DNA of 63,062 nucleotides, filler included, from Craspedostauros australis (taxonomy: Eukaryota), in NCBI GenBank assembly GCA_030167865.1. It is 13 parts of 13 records of this genome, joined end to end, with 100 filler letters (N's around TTAATTAATTAA, not from the genome) between each part and the next. Parts side by side here need not be neighbours in the genome. Positions count along the whole stretch, not along the records: positions 1 to 15,569 come from JALAGF010003137.1; positions 15,670 to 16,825 come from JALAGF010003139.1; positions 16,926 to 19,489 come from JALAGF010003141.1; positions 19,590 to 39,767 come from JALAGF010003142.1; 9 more parts are not named here. The stretch is one strand, 5' to 3'. Shown in pieces: positions 13,788-24,400 of this stretch. The position numbers were made by a program, and so were the translations under genes. Positions within the stretch are counted from its first letter, which is position 1; each line of letters begins with the position of its first letter. The notes beneath the pieces are model-generated. The model was not told the DNA's origin, ran no database searches, and was given only the letters and a program-made list of their open reading frames with translations.

Positions 13788-13810
13788 GGTTATGGCCTTT
13801 TCACGCTCCT
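13788..13810 (+). promoter_or_regulatory. Primer-binding site complementary to the 5' half of tRNA-iMet
   Basis: GGTTATGGCCTTTTCACGCTCCT aligns in register with the reverse complement of eukaryotic iMet anticodon and D arms (GGTTATGGGCCCAGCACGCTTCC, recalled). Confidence 0.7.
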
Positions 13811-13923
13811 CGTGAATCCATCATCTTCCTCTCTTCGCGTGTTGCTCAAGGACGATCCATTCCCTTGCTCCCGCGGTATCCTTCCTTGCCCTTTCCCCTC
13901 GCTCTCTACTCTTCGCTCCTCTC

Positions 13924-15569
13924 ATGATGACTGGTCTCGCCGACGACGTTCCCGTGGTCGACGACTTGGCTGACGCCAAGACGATCACCAAGCGCCTTGG
14001 GTGGAAATGGTTTGATGACGCGCGCATCGCGCTTCACGTCGCCAGCGATGAGGAGCTCTACGATCTCTTCGATACCGAGGATGCGCTCTTCCACGCTTGC
14101 ATGACGGAGTGGGGTGGCCCCTTGGTCCACATCCGCGGCATGTGGAAGCTCCGGTCGTGGTACAACGAACACCGCGACGACGATGACCCGTGGGTGGCCG
14201 CTCTCGATGCACGGCGGTTCCGCGCATACCTTCGCCGCTCCAGCGCCGTCCCACCCGAGTTCGATACTCTTCGCAAGCCGAGCGCTGTTCCGCCTCTGGC
14301 TTCGCCGGCTACCACTGACGACGAGCGTTCGGGTGTGCAACCAACGCCCACTGACGGCCCCGGTCCAGCCCCTACAGCTGGCGAATCCGTTCGCAAGGCC
14401 TCAGAGTCCACCGACGAGCTGCGCGGTCCGCGCGACGGCTTGGGCACGATTGATGAGGGCAGTACTGCCCCTGTGGGGCTCGCGCCTACCAGTCCGCCGC
14501 TGCCTCGCGACGACGCTCCCGCCGACGCCGTTGAGTTTGACTATGTCACAGACTCCGGTGTCCCGTACGCTGTTGCCAACGCCAGCCCTTCTGTCAAGCG
14601 GCATCCCAGCTACTCTATTGGTGAGGCTGTGGAGCGGCTCGAGTTCGGCGTACAACCCGCGTGGGACCGCTGGAGCGTCAAGCTCACCAGTGACGACCCC
14701 GATCACATCTTCGTGTGGTACGCGCAGCTCCAGACGGCAGCGGCGTCCATCGATGTCCATTTCTGCCCATTGGACGCCTTCCTCCCACATGCGTCGATCA
14801 TCCCTAACAACGTGCCAGGCGCTCGCATCTTCGACATGAACCAGAAGCTGACCGCCAAGCTCCAGTCCGAAGGCCTTGTGGATCGTGCTAACCCTGGCCT
14901 GCAGCTGAAATATGCTAGCAGCTTTGGTGTGCTACCCCATCGGCTGTCCGCATACGTCTTCCTTCACAAGGTGTTGGCAGGTGCGTTTGATGCGGTGCAA
15001 CAGCACAGCCACAAGGTGCCCGGCTTTGATGGGTCCGTGTCCGGCTTTGCCACACGACTCCTTGGTTTCCAGCACGTCGAAGGCTTGGTGTTCCGGCGCG
15101 CCGTGTCCAATTTGGAGCTCAGTCGCATCTTCCTTGAGGAACTCCGCGGGCATGGGTACTCGCTGGAGCACTATCGTACCATGCTGCGCACCATCACGTC
15201 TCCCAAGTCTCTCCCGTTCAACCTACAAGTAGAGCAGATGGCGCAGGAGATCCCGGATGCACCGACCACCGGTGTCCAGCCCAAGGCTCATCACGTCAAC
15301 ACTCGTTCCGGACGAGGGTCCCGCGATGGTGGCTCCGATCGCGATCGTTCACGTCGCCCCACCAACGCTTTCTATAAGCCGGACCCTGACGCGTTCTGCC
15401 CCGCTTGCTGCTCCATGGGACATGGCCCTGCCACGTGCAAGGCTTTTGGACGTGCTGCTCACTTGCAACACTATATCCAGGAGCACCCCAAGGAGGCTGA
15501 GACCATCAGGAACAACTTCCGCACTCACTTCAGCCGCGACAAGCGCAAGGCCACCGCGCGTGCTCTCCA
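13924..15569 (+). CDS. Gag-like protein with CCHC zinc knuckle (3' truncated)
   Basis: CPACCSMGHGPATC fits CX2CX4HX4C. Colinear homology with the ORF at 51848 (WYAQLQ/WYTQLQ, CPLDAF/CPLSAF, ELSRIFLE/ELSRRFLE). Confidence 0.8.
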
Positions 15570-15669
15570 NNNNNNNNNNNNNNNNNNNNNNNNNNNNNNN
15601 NNNNNNNNNNNNNTTAATTAATTAANNNNNNNNNNNNNNNNNNNNNNNNNNNNNNNNNNNNNNNNNNNN

Positions 15670-16825
15670 AGACGTAACGGAGATGGCGATGACAGGAGTC
15701 GACAACGACAACATCGACCGCGCCATCAACGAACCAGTCTATAGTCTCCCATCCCGTCCAAGCGCACTCGACGACATGATCGAGCAATCATCGCGTCGCG
15801 ACATGAACAACGGATGGTGTCCGTTGTGTCTCAAGCGCGGGCCTCTCTACGCATGGTGCGTAGACTGCCCGAACATTCCTTTCTTCATCCAGCTCGCCAA
15901 CGAGCCAAGAGGTGCTGTGCCTAGAAATGAAGGCGAAAGGATGGTACGTAGAGAGGTGCTAGAAGAGACGAGCGGAATGTTGTTCGTGACCNNNNNNNNN
16001 NNNNNNNNNNNNGTCCTTTCACCAAACGACGTCCGGTCCGAACTCTCCCTCATCTGCATCGACGCAGTGCATGACATTGCAACCCTCAGACTGACGGGAG
16101 TGGAGCCACGCTCCCTGTACTACTTGATGCACCAAATCGGAGTGCGAGGCGCACTCGACGTCTGTGTTAATGCATACCGGATGAACGGAATGCTGGAGAA
16201 CGTACGTCTTCAGCCAATTCAACAGGCGCTGATCGGAGCGATGAGCAGCATCGCATCGGAGCAGCTGATGTGGATGCACCATCCGAGCATCAATGGCATC
16301 CGTGATTATCGCACTCACTGCGAGCTACCACTGTACAGCGATGCCAACGGCCACGAAATGGCAATGGTGATCGGCGACTTGGACGACGTCGATACACGTA
16401 AGTCGACCATCGCACCCGACCGCCACGAGGCCAACACCTGGTTAGGAGACTCCGGCGCCTCCTGTCACCTCACGAACAACGACGAGGGTATGATCAACGT
16501 GCGCACAGCGAATCACTCCATCAAGGTAGGCAGCGGTCGATACCTCAAGGCAACCAAGGTGGGGGACAAGCGGATGAAGGTCATGCAGAAGAATGGCGAT
16601 ACCGCAATCATCCTCCTCAAGTCGGTGAAGTACGTGCCTNAGCTATGGGTCAACCTCTTGAGCATCAACAAGGCTCTCGAAAACGGTTTCGATATTAGCA
16701 ACCGAGGTGTGATCATGTCCTTGGAGAAGAAGGGACAACGCATTCGCTTTGATCGCATCATGGCGACGCACAGCGGATTTGTGAGTGGCGTGAACATGAT
16801 AGCCGCTCCTGCACTCGACGATCAA
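15670..16825 (+). CDS. Ty1/copia polyprotein fragment including aspartic protease
   Basis: NTWLGDSGASCHLT active-site motif and LKSVKYVPxLWVNLLSI post-protease motif. Upstream CPLC...CVDC cluster. Bounded by spacers. Confidence 0.85.
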
Positions 16826-17770
16826 NNNNNNNNNNNNNNNNNNNNNNNNNNNNNNNNNNNNNNNNNNNNTTAATTAATTAANNNNNNNNNNNNNNNNNNN
16901 NNNNNNNNNNNNNNNNNNNNNNNNNAGATATCCCCATACTTTGATGGCTCTCTCAAGGCGTCCTTTGCGAGATGATGCAGCGAAACGTGAAAGTGAAGAA
17001 GTTGCAAATGCAAAATCAAAACGTCCAAGTTGAACAACTCGGTTCATCATCCCGATGAGCTGCTGGAACTGGTGTTGTTAGTCAGGTGTTAGTAGTTTGG
17101 AGTCATCCGTTTCCAGATGATTCTTGTTCTGCATGGGACCATGTTGGTTGTGTATTGATCCATGTTGTTGTTCCAACTTGTCCAGTGCATTTGCAATGTA
17201 TTTGCTGCAGGCAGGCTTGCGGCAGATACTGTGATAACGCCTGATCCACAGCCACCGTTGGACCTCAAGAAGCCAATCGGCCACATGAATGATGTCATTA
17301 TGCTTCCGCTGACGCTGCACGAGAGTGCCAGCATGCACCCTGCGGCATTGGCTGCAGTGGGTCGCCGTCAGTGTGTCCACATGGCATGTCATGATGCTCA
17401 AAATGTCAAGCCATCCCAACAATACGGCATTTCACATCGACATGTTGTCATCTGGCAACCATCCACCTGCTGACATCACCTGGAACAGCATGAACGACGG
17501 AGAGCAGCTACATGCCTTCGACATCGCCCCTGGACATCGTGCTTGTCGCATTCCATAGTGATGATCCAGACTGTGGCATTCATGTCTCATGGATAGCAGC
17601 GAGCATGAGGTGTGGACCCTGGGCAATGTGGCATATTGGCAAGTTCCGCTCACGGATACTCTTGCGACTGTTGACGGTGGTGGTGGTGGTTGTTACTATT
17701 TTGTTTGCTATTTCATTGCGTTGTTCCGATGCCTCTTGGAGTCTCCCAATGCTCTTGTTGTCTCTCAACT

Positions 17771-18473
17771 TATCAACATCTAGATCGAAATTAGGTACCC
17801 ATCTCCCATGACTGAAACGTGATTCAGTATTTTTGATTCGACTCGATTTGAGAGTATAGTCGGATGAGTCTTGATACACGATTAATATTCGGTCACTACG
17901 GTCATCGAACATGACGTAGGCGCTGACATCATCGTATGACGTCAGAGGATCGGTCATTGTGATCCTCGGAATCGAGATTATATTTTAGTCATGGTATGCT
18001 GACCTGTCTAGCCTAGCNGANTGCATCATCNAGCACGTGGCAACAACATTTAGGATNCAGAACAACATCGTCAGAGGTGATGCATGCACCTTGTCGACGT
18101 AGACGGATCAATCCATATGTGATCAAACAGAGATCAAGATTAGGCAAGACCAGGAGAGATGAAGAAAGACCCAAAGGCGAGAATAACACGAGATATCGTG
18201 TAGATCAACATGCCATCTTGGGCAATGTTTTAGGAAAGACTGCGAGATACAACACGAGGTAATCAAGCAGCACGTTAGAAACCGTGCAATAGGCACCACC
18301 ATTAGAAATAGGAGATCATCATCTCATAATCAAACTCAATCATCAATTGAACACAACCTATTAGAACAACAACAAACACCAAACATCTCCAACTCCACCT
18401 GACGGATTGATCACCCTGGCGGCGTAGTAAGTGCAGTGTTTGGTGCCCTTCTGTATTTAATTGCTGATTATCA
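17771..18473. mobile_element. 703-bp insertion, probable solo LTR (family B)
   Basis: Absent from the homologous copy near 60830. Flanked by 5-bp TSD CAACT (17766-17770, 18474-18478). Ends in CA; starts TA (probably a mutated TG). Confidence 0.8.
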
Positions 18474-19022
18474 CAACTATCATCTGACTATGAGTTGGCA
18501 TGTGAGATGCTCTCTTGCTCTTTCTTGTATTCTCTTGCTCTTTCTCTCTCTCTCGTGTGTTGGTACTGCGCGATAATCAGTGATAGATACATACTCTGCA
18601 TTTGATACATATTCCATCATTTCGTCCTCTACTGGTGCACTACTCTGTGAGTATTCGCCAATGTCTCATCTGAACTCCTCCTTGCATATCCACGATCTTG
18701 ATGTCACTTGGTCATTGAATCTTCACCTTCTTGATCTGATGTAGAGACAGATGTTGATGTGGTGACATGATGACATCCTGTTGATGTCAGCTGTCGTCTT
18801 CCATGATCCTTCAGATTCCATATTCCATCAATGATGCAGTGGTATGGCAAGGATATTGTCATTTGAGGTTTAGTTGTGAAATACATCAATCCTTGCTCGA
18901 TGTCATGCATTTCTGTCAGTTGATGGACAGACTGCATTCCTGATGCTCTCAGAAATGAGTGTTCACAAATGCCCTTCCAAAATTCTGATTTTTTGTGTGT
19001 GCCTGATTTTGTGATGTGATTT

Positions 19023-19099
19023 CGATCAACCACAGATCATTCACAGATCAATCACAGATCAATCACAGATCACTCACAGGTCAATCACAGATCACTTAC
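19023..19099. repeat. 11-bp tandem repeat (AGATCAMTCAC), about 7 copies, inside LTR family A
   Basis: Directly visible. Reverse complement of the array at 60197-60284. Confidence 0.9.
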
Positions 19100-19591
19100 A
19101 ACACATATGTTTGCGCCGCTTGTGCGTAGAGCATAAGAGAACAATGGGTGAGCGATGCACATACACATATGTACATTCCAACAGGCAAGGCAGCAATNAC
19201 AGGGCACANNTTCANGGCTACTCTGGCTGNTANGGATTTCTGGCTGTTCATTGCTGTCACAACCATGGAGAACAAGACCATCTATGGCGCTGACATTTAC
19301 AATGCATTTGCTGAGGCTTCTTGTGGTGCACAGAAGTACTACATGCATGTTGACAGCCCCTTTGCTGACTGGTGGCAGTTGTAGGGACACGCACCCATTC
19401 CGTGCGGCTGCATGACTCTCATCAGCAAGAATCCTCAGGGTCATTCCTGAGCACTATGGCAGTGGGCAGTGCACATCAATGCACAGCTGNNNNNNNNNNN
19501 NNNNNNNNNNNNNNNNNNNNNNNNNNNNNNNNNTTAATTAATTAANNNNNNNNNNNNNNNNNNNNNNNNNNNNNNNNNNNNNNNNNNNNGT

Positions 19592-20524
19592 CCGCTCCAG
19601 AACAGCAGCCGCAAGTTCATTCAGCAGCTACGGCACTACAACCTCACGGCAATCGCATCTGTTCATGACCATATCCACTACACCATCGAGTATTTGTTGC
19701 GTGACTACGACGATAGCCACCCTTGGATCACGGTGGTGGTGCCACCACCTTTGGACAAGATCGGCGCCTCCGAGTACTTGACTTGGATGCTCTTCTACTG
19801 GAGTCGCATTCAGCTCGCAACATACTTCGGCCAGCTGGAGCAAGGCAAAGCGTACATCAAGCCATTCTACGCTGTAAGCAAGCTGGAGGCCACGTACATG
19901 ATGGAATCTACGAAGATCTACCATTCCGGACTCATCTGCTCCAGGTTGGCTCGGCAGTACAGGCAACAAAATCAGCAACGGCGGCATCGGAAGTACCTCC
20001 GACGAGCAAGGCAATTTCTCGCCCAAATGAAATACTGCATCGAAGCAAAGGGCGGTAACAACCTGCATCGCTTTCTGCTGATGGAGGCAGATATCGAAGC
20101 GGCATCGTCATCCCGATCCATCGATATCGCGAAGGCGGCATACAACAAGGCGATATCGTGCTCGGCCCGGTCTGGTCACATCCACGATACGGCCTTGGCG
20201 TACGAGTTGGCTGGTGAATACTTCATGTCCGCGCCCACCGTGGTCAACCCCCGCTCACCTGGCGCAAGTCATGAGGATGCCACTGACAACGCATTCTGGT
20301 CACGACAGTATCTGTCGAATGCGCTGTCGTTGTATGATGAATGGGGCGCAACGGCAAAAGTGCAGCAGATGAGGGCGACGTACCCGCAGGATCAATTCAT
20401 CGTTACATCCGAAGGAACCAATGGAGGGCGACAGTCAGGCCAAGCCCGGCACACCACCGATGCCCGCATGTGCATCGAGACTGCTCACAAGATGTTCGCT
20501 GAAATCAATTTTGATGTGCTCTAG
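19592..20524 (+). CDS. C-terminal helical region of a COG3899-type AAA-ATPase signalling protein (5' truncated)
   Basis: AYNKAI...GHIHDTALAYELAGEYF...YLSNALSLYDEWGATAKV matches the recalled ALAxELA...YxxWGAxAKV signature. The frame is open from the contig start. Confidence 0.75.
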   Translation, partial: PLQNSSRKFIQQLRHYNLTAIASVHDHIHYTIEYLLRDYDDSHPWITVVVPPPLDKIGASEYLTWMLFYWSRIQLATYFGQLEQGKAYIKPFYAVSKLEATYMMESTKIYHSGLICSRLARQYRQQNQQRRHRKYLRRARQFLAQMKYCIEAKGGNNLHRFLLMEADIEAASSSRSIDIAKAAYNKAISCSARSGHIHDTALAYELAGEYFMSAPTVVNPRSPGASHEDATDNAFWSRQYLSNALSLYDEWGATAKVQQMRATYPQDQFIVTSEGTNGGRQSGQARHTTDARMCIETAHKMFAEINFDVL

Positions 20525-21452
20525 CTCGGCATTCGGACAGGCACACGGAATACGTACACGTACGACCTGCATGGTACGAAGTTGGGAGATGGTGGGGTGG
20601 TGGATTCCGACGCACTGCAACATCATCCATACGAGTGTGGATGGAGTGCGCCACGAGTATGCCATCATAGTACATAGGCATGTGCGATAATCCGCTCGTT
20701 TCATTCTCAACTTTCCAGATAGCTCGTGACGTAGTTGCGGACACCGCGAGCCTGATTTGTGAGCGTGCTCTGACATGGGTTCGGTTGAAGGTTCGCTTCT
20801 CTCACGATCATCGCGCGAGCGCCATGGCGAGAATGCACCTCAACAGCGCCGGTCTCTTGGCGTCTTGGTCACCCCACCAAGCGCCAAGGGAAACATCGCA
20901 CTCATCCGGCACCCCTCGGGCCTGTTTCCGTTTCTATTGATACTCGACCATTACGTTGACGTTATGTAAAGGAAAATTGTCAATCAGCGAATTTACAGCA
21001 ATGACTCACGAACGGCGATGACACGCTTCGTAAAGTCGTATTTGTCTATCTGCCTCGTCGCCTTGACGTGACAGCAAGAACGCCCATTCTACACAAACGC
21101 AAACAGCCAACACGCCAAGCAGTCTCGCCACCTCTCTGAGGAATACGCCGCACCTGTTCGCGCATCTGCATGACATCACGCGCTCAAGAAACCGAGGAGG
21201 CGAACGCTGCCACATCCACAGCGAGTGCCGCGATTGTACGACCGCCCTCAGCGTTTCCCATCACTTCCGCCGGTGGCGCGAAAGTCGCAAAGTCAGTGGA
21301 ACTGCACAGCGCCCTTTGCCCTGATCTCTGTGCGCTCCTCCAGACGAGCGGGGAGCTGCTGTTTCAACACGCAAGGACGACAAACGCAAAGCAAGCATCA
21401 GACACTTTCGATAGAAAGGTACCGGGGCAGCACAACATCGTAACATCACGTG

Positions 21453-24400
21453 ATGGTGAAGTCCACGAGCAACATCAACAGCAACATGAACGGCAACATG
21501 AACGGCAGCAGCTGTGGTGATGGCCGACGCGATGGTTCTCGGATTAGCGATGGGTCCACCACAGATCCTGATTCGGAGACGCACAACACCACTAGCAACA
21601 GTAGCAACAGTAGCAACAGTAGCGACGAGAACGACGAGAACGCCAGCGAAGACACGACCGAAATCACTGGAGAGACTGTAGCTGTTGCCGCTGCCGCCGC
21701 CGCCGCTGCTGCTGCTGTCCACGCGACGACGGCTCGCACCTGCGACGAGCAACGTGGCAATGGAGAAGCTGATGTTTCGAGAACTACATCCGTCAGGCGA
21801 CACGGCATGATCCATCAGCTGGGAAATCAATCAAGCGATTCCGACAGCGGCGAAACAGGTTCCACTTGCGGCGCACAGAGGAGCATAGGTGCGAGCACCA
21901 TCACGACTGCAGCCGGAAACCGCGATAGACATCCTTCGCGCCACTCCGATCAGAGTGCCGTGGGCGCCCACGCCATCGCTGGGTTCGATGATGATGAGAT
22001 TACTGTGGCTCGATGTGCCCGCACAAATCGGTTGCGATACGTGAGAAAGAATGCGCTGCGCACGAGCGCGGATGCAGAGGTCGATGGCAAACGGTTGTCC
22101 GCCAAGGAAGATGGCATGGGCATGCCATTGGAATCTGCAGCAAGTGACAGCATGATGAAGAGCATGGATGTTCAACGGCAGCGCATGGCGACTATGATGT
22201 CCACGATGCCTGCCTCCTCGAATCAATCAATGGCACATGCGAGGACCAAAAGAACGCACGTTGCCGGCGCAGACGCTTCCGCGTATTCAATGCAGGAGCT
22301 CCTTTCTCCTGATCAAGATGAGTATGCCATGCCTCCTCAGAAAGAGCATGGCGACAATCGGGCCAACCGATCTGTCCGACTTCACGGTGTAGACATTGGC
22401 AATCACGACATCGAAAATGGTGAGATTGTGCGCCGCCCACATGTGTCAAATTCTGTCCGCGTGGGTGCAGAAGCGATCGAACCTTCCGTCGCTTCGGTCG
22501 ATGCCATTGCTGATAGATTCAGCCTTGGAAGCGTCACTGCCACTATGATCTCCGCTGGAGATCTTACCAACGATACTTCTGCAACCTTTCAAGGCCTGAG
22601 TGAAGTTGGAGGCATGTACGTCGTGCAAGCGGAGGTCTATGGCGAGACCCGCACTGTCGACCCCGACGACGACAGAGAGGCGCCGCCGGATCATGCTACG
22701 GCGGGCGCCTGTGTTCGGAACGCGTCTGTGGAAGTGAGGCAATCAGTGGATGGCGCTTCGACGCAACTCCGCATGCGCGAGAACGAGCAAGGGAGAGTGG
22801 AAGCTCAGGTCGACCCGCATCTGGGAGAACCTGTCGTGGGCGAGCCAATGGAACGCGCCTTGGTTGATCGCCATGGAAATCAGATATACTACAGCGACGA
22901 TGACGACGACGATGACGGCGGCGTTGGCGATGAGGGCGAAGACCTGACGAATAATGAAGACACCAGAAAGAGAGTGCACAAAACCCACGCTCCGAACCAC
23001 CTCGATGCTACCAGTGGCGGGGCCCCCAGATCTCGGCACCTCACCAACGCGTTCTGCCTGGCATTCTGTCTTAGCGTGGTTGCGATTCTATGTTCTCTGT
23101 TCTTCATTGACAGGTGCAAACTCCAACCGGCCCATTCCGTATGTCAAGAAGCTACCGATGCATCATCTATCTCACCCACAGCGAGCCCAACAGCAGTATT
23201 CGCCCTTGCGAGCTTGACTTGCGAAGAGGCCATCGCGCTGGAGGCCGACAATCAACAGGTCAACTTCGCATACGAAGCACCCGGGGGCGCAGCGACGCGA
23301 CAGGATCCAAGCATGGACCCACGGGACGTCGCTCAGACCACAATAGGCTGTGGAAATCAGGAGATGTGGACTGGATACCATTCGTGGCTTACAATCCCTG
23401 CGGCTGAAGATGGCGAAGACGGCATCGGGTACGCCATAGAAATCGAGACGACCGACATGGATGCAGCTGAAACATGGATCGTGGCTTTCCGTGGAGGTGA
23501 CTGCGGAGATCTGGTTTGCATCGCAGCAACCGATCAGAGGTGCACGCCAAGCCAATGTTCGTTGGCAATTCCCCAAGCCGAAGGTGGTGCATTGACTGTC
23601 GCCGTCGGCGGAAGCAAGGCGTCCAACTATGACATTGAGACGCGAAGGATAGCATCCAACGACGTGTGCGACCTGGCTCAGCCGGTGCAGTTGGCAATGG
23701 CACCAGAGTCAATGTCAGCGCAACCAGCGAAGACGAACAACAACACCTCTGTCGCAGCAAAAGTCGTGGTCCAGGGTAACTACAGATACGCCAGATCCGA
23801 AGATGCCTCGCTTTTCTCGTGTGGCGTGCAGGATGGGAGCGCCGAATGGTATTTAGTGAATGCAAGCTCATCAGGGGTTATAACCGCGTCAACCTGCGTT
23901 GACTACACAGAGTCACCAAAGACAAATACAAACACAAGCGTGAGTCATCCCGACCATATTACTGATACTGCGCCCGCGCACGTGGCAGTCCTGAAAGGCA
24001 GCTGCGACAATCTGCAATGCGTCGCCAAGGCTGACAGTGTCTCGTGCGGTGCTCGCAATCAAGTGACGTGGCTCTCCGACATCAACGAACGATACTACGT
24101 CGTCGTGTCCGCAGGGCGGGACGATCCTGTCACATCGACCAGCAGCACGAGTGGTAGCCAAAGCGGGCCCACACCAACCTTCGTCAAATCGAAGCCCGTG
24201 GATGATATCCACACGCACAACAGCCTTCGGTCGCTGTCACCAACTCCGTCACCGACTCCGCCACCAGCATCTTCAGAGGCAGCAGAAGCTGGAGACATTA
24301 TTCGTGACATCGACTACGAGCTGTCGATCCAAGAAAGTGCTCGCAATGATATCTGTCACGGGGCGATACCCATCGAGGAGCCCACATCGGCCACGCCCCA

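Larger units (their letters stand above)
13647..15569 (+). mobile_element. Ty1/copia LTR retrotransposon 5' end (putative short LTR ~13647-13787, PBS, gag); truncated by spacer
   Basis: ...ACTGACA followed directly by GGTTATGG, then a gag-like ORF. The LTR start (TGTTGGCA at 13647) is tentative because no second LTR is available. Confidence 0.7.
17634..19183 (-). mobile_element. Solo LTR family A (interrupted by solo LTR B)
   Basis: On the minus strand runs TGTTGGAA...CTTGCCAATA and is flanked by GGCA direct repeats (17630-17633, 19184-19187). Homologous to 47665-48490 and 60113-60961. Confidence 0.8.
16926..19489 (+). mobile_element. Decayed Ty1/copia internal region (up to the start of RT) carrying nested solo LTRs
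   Basis: About 17419-19489 is the reverse-complement homolog of about 59810-61175. RT remnant YGADIYNAFAEA...YMHVDSPFADWW. Many stops. Confidence 0.85.
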
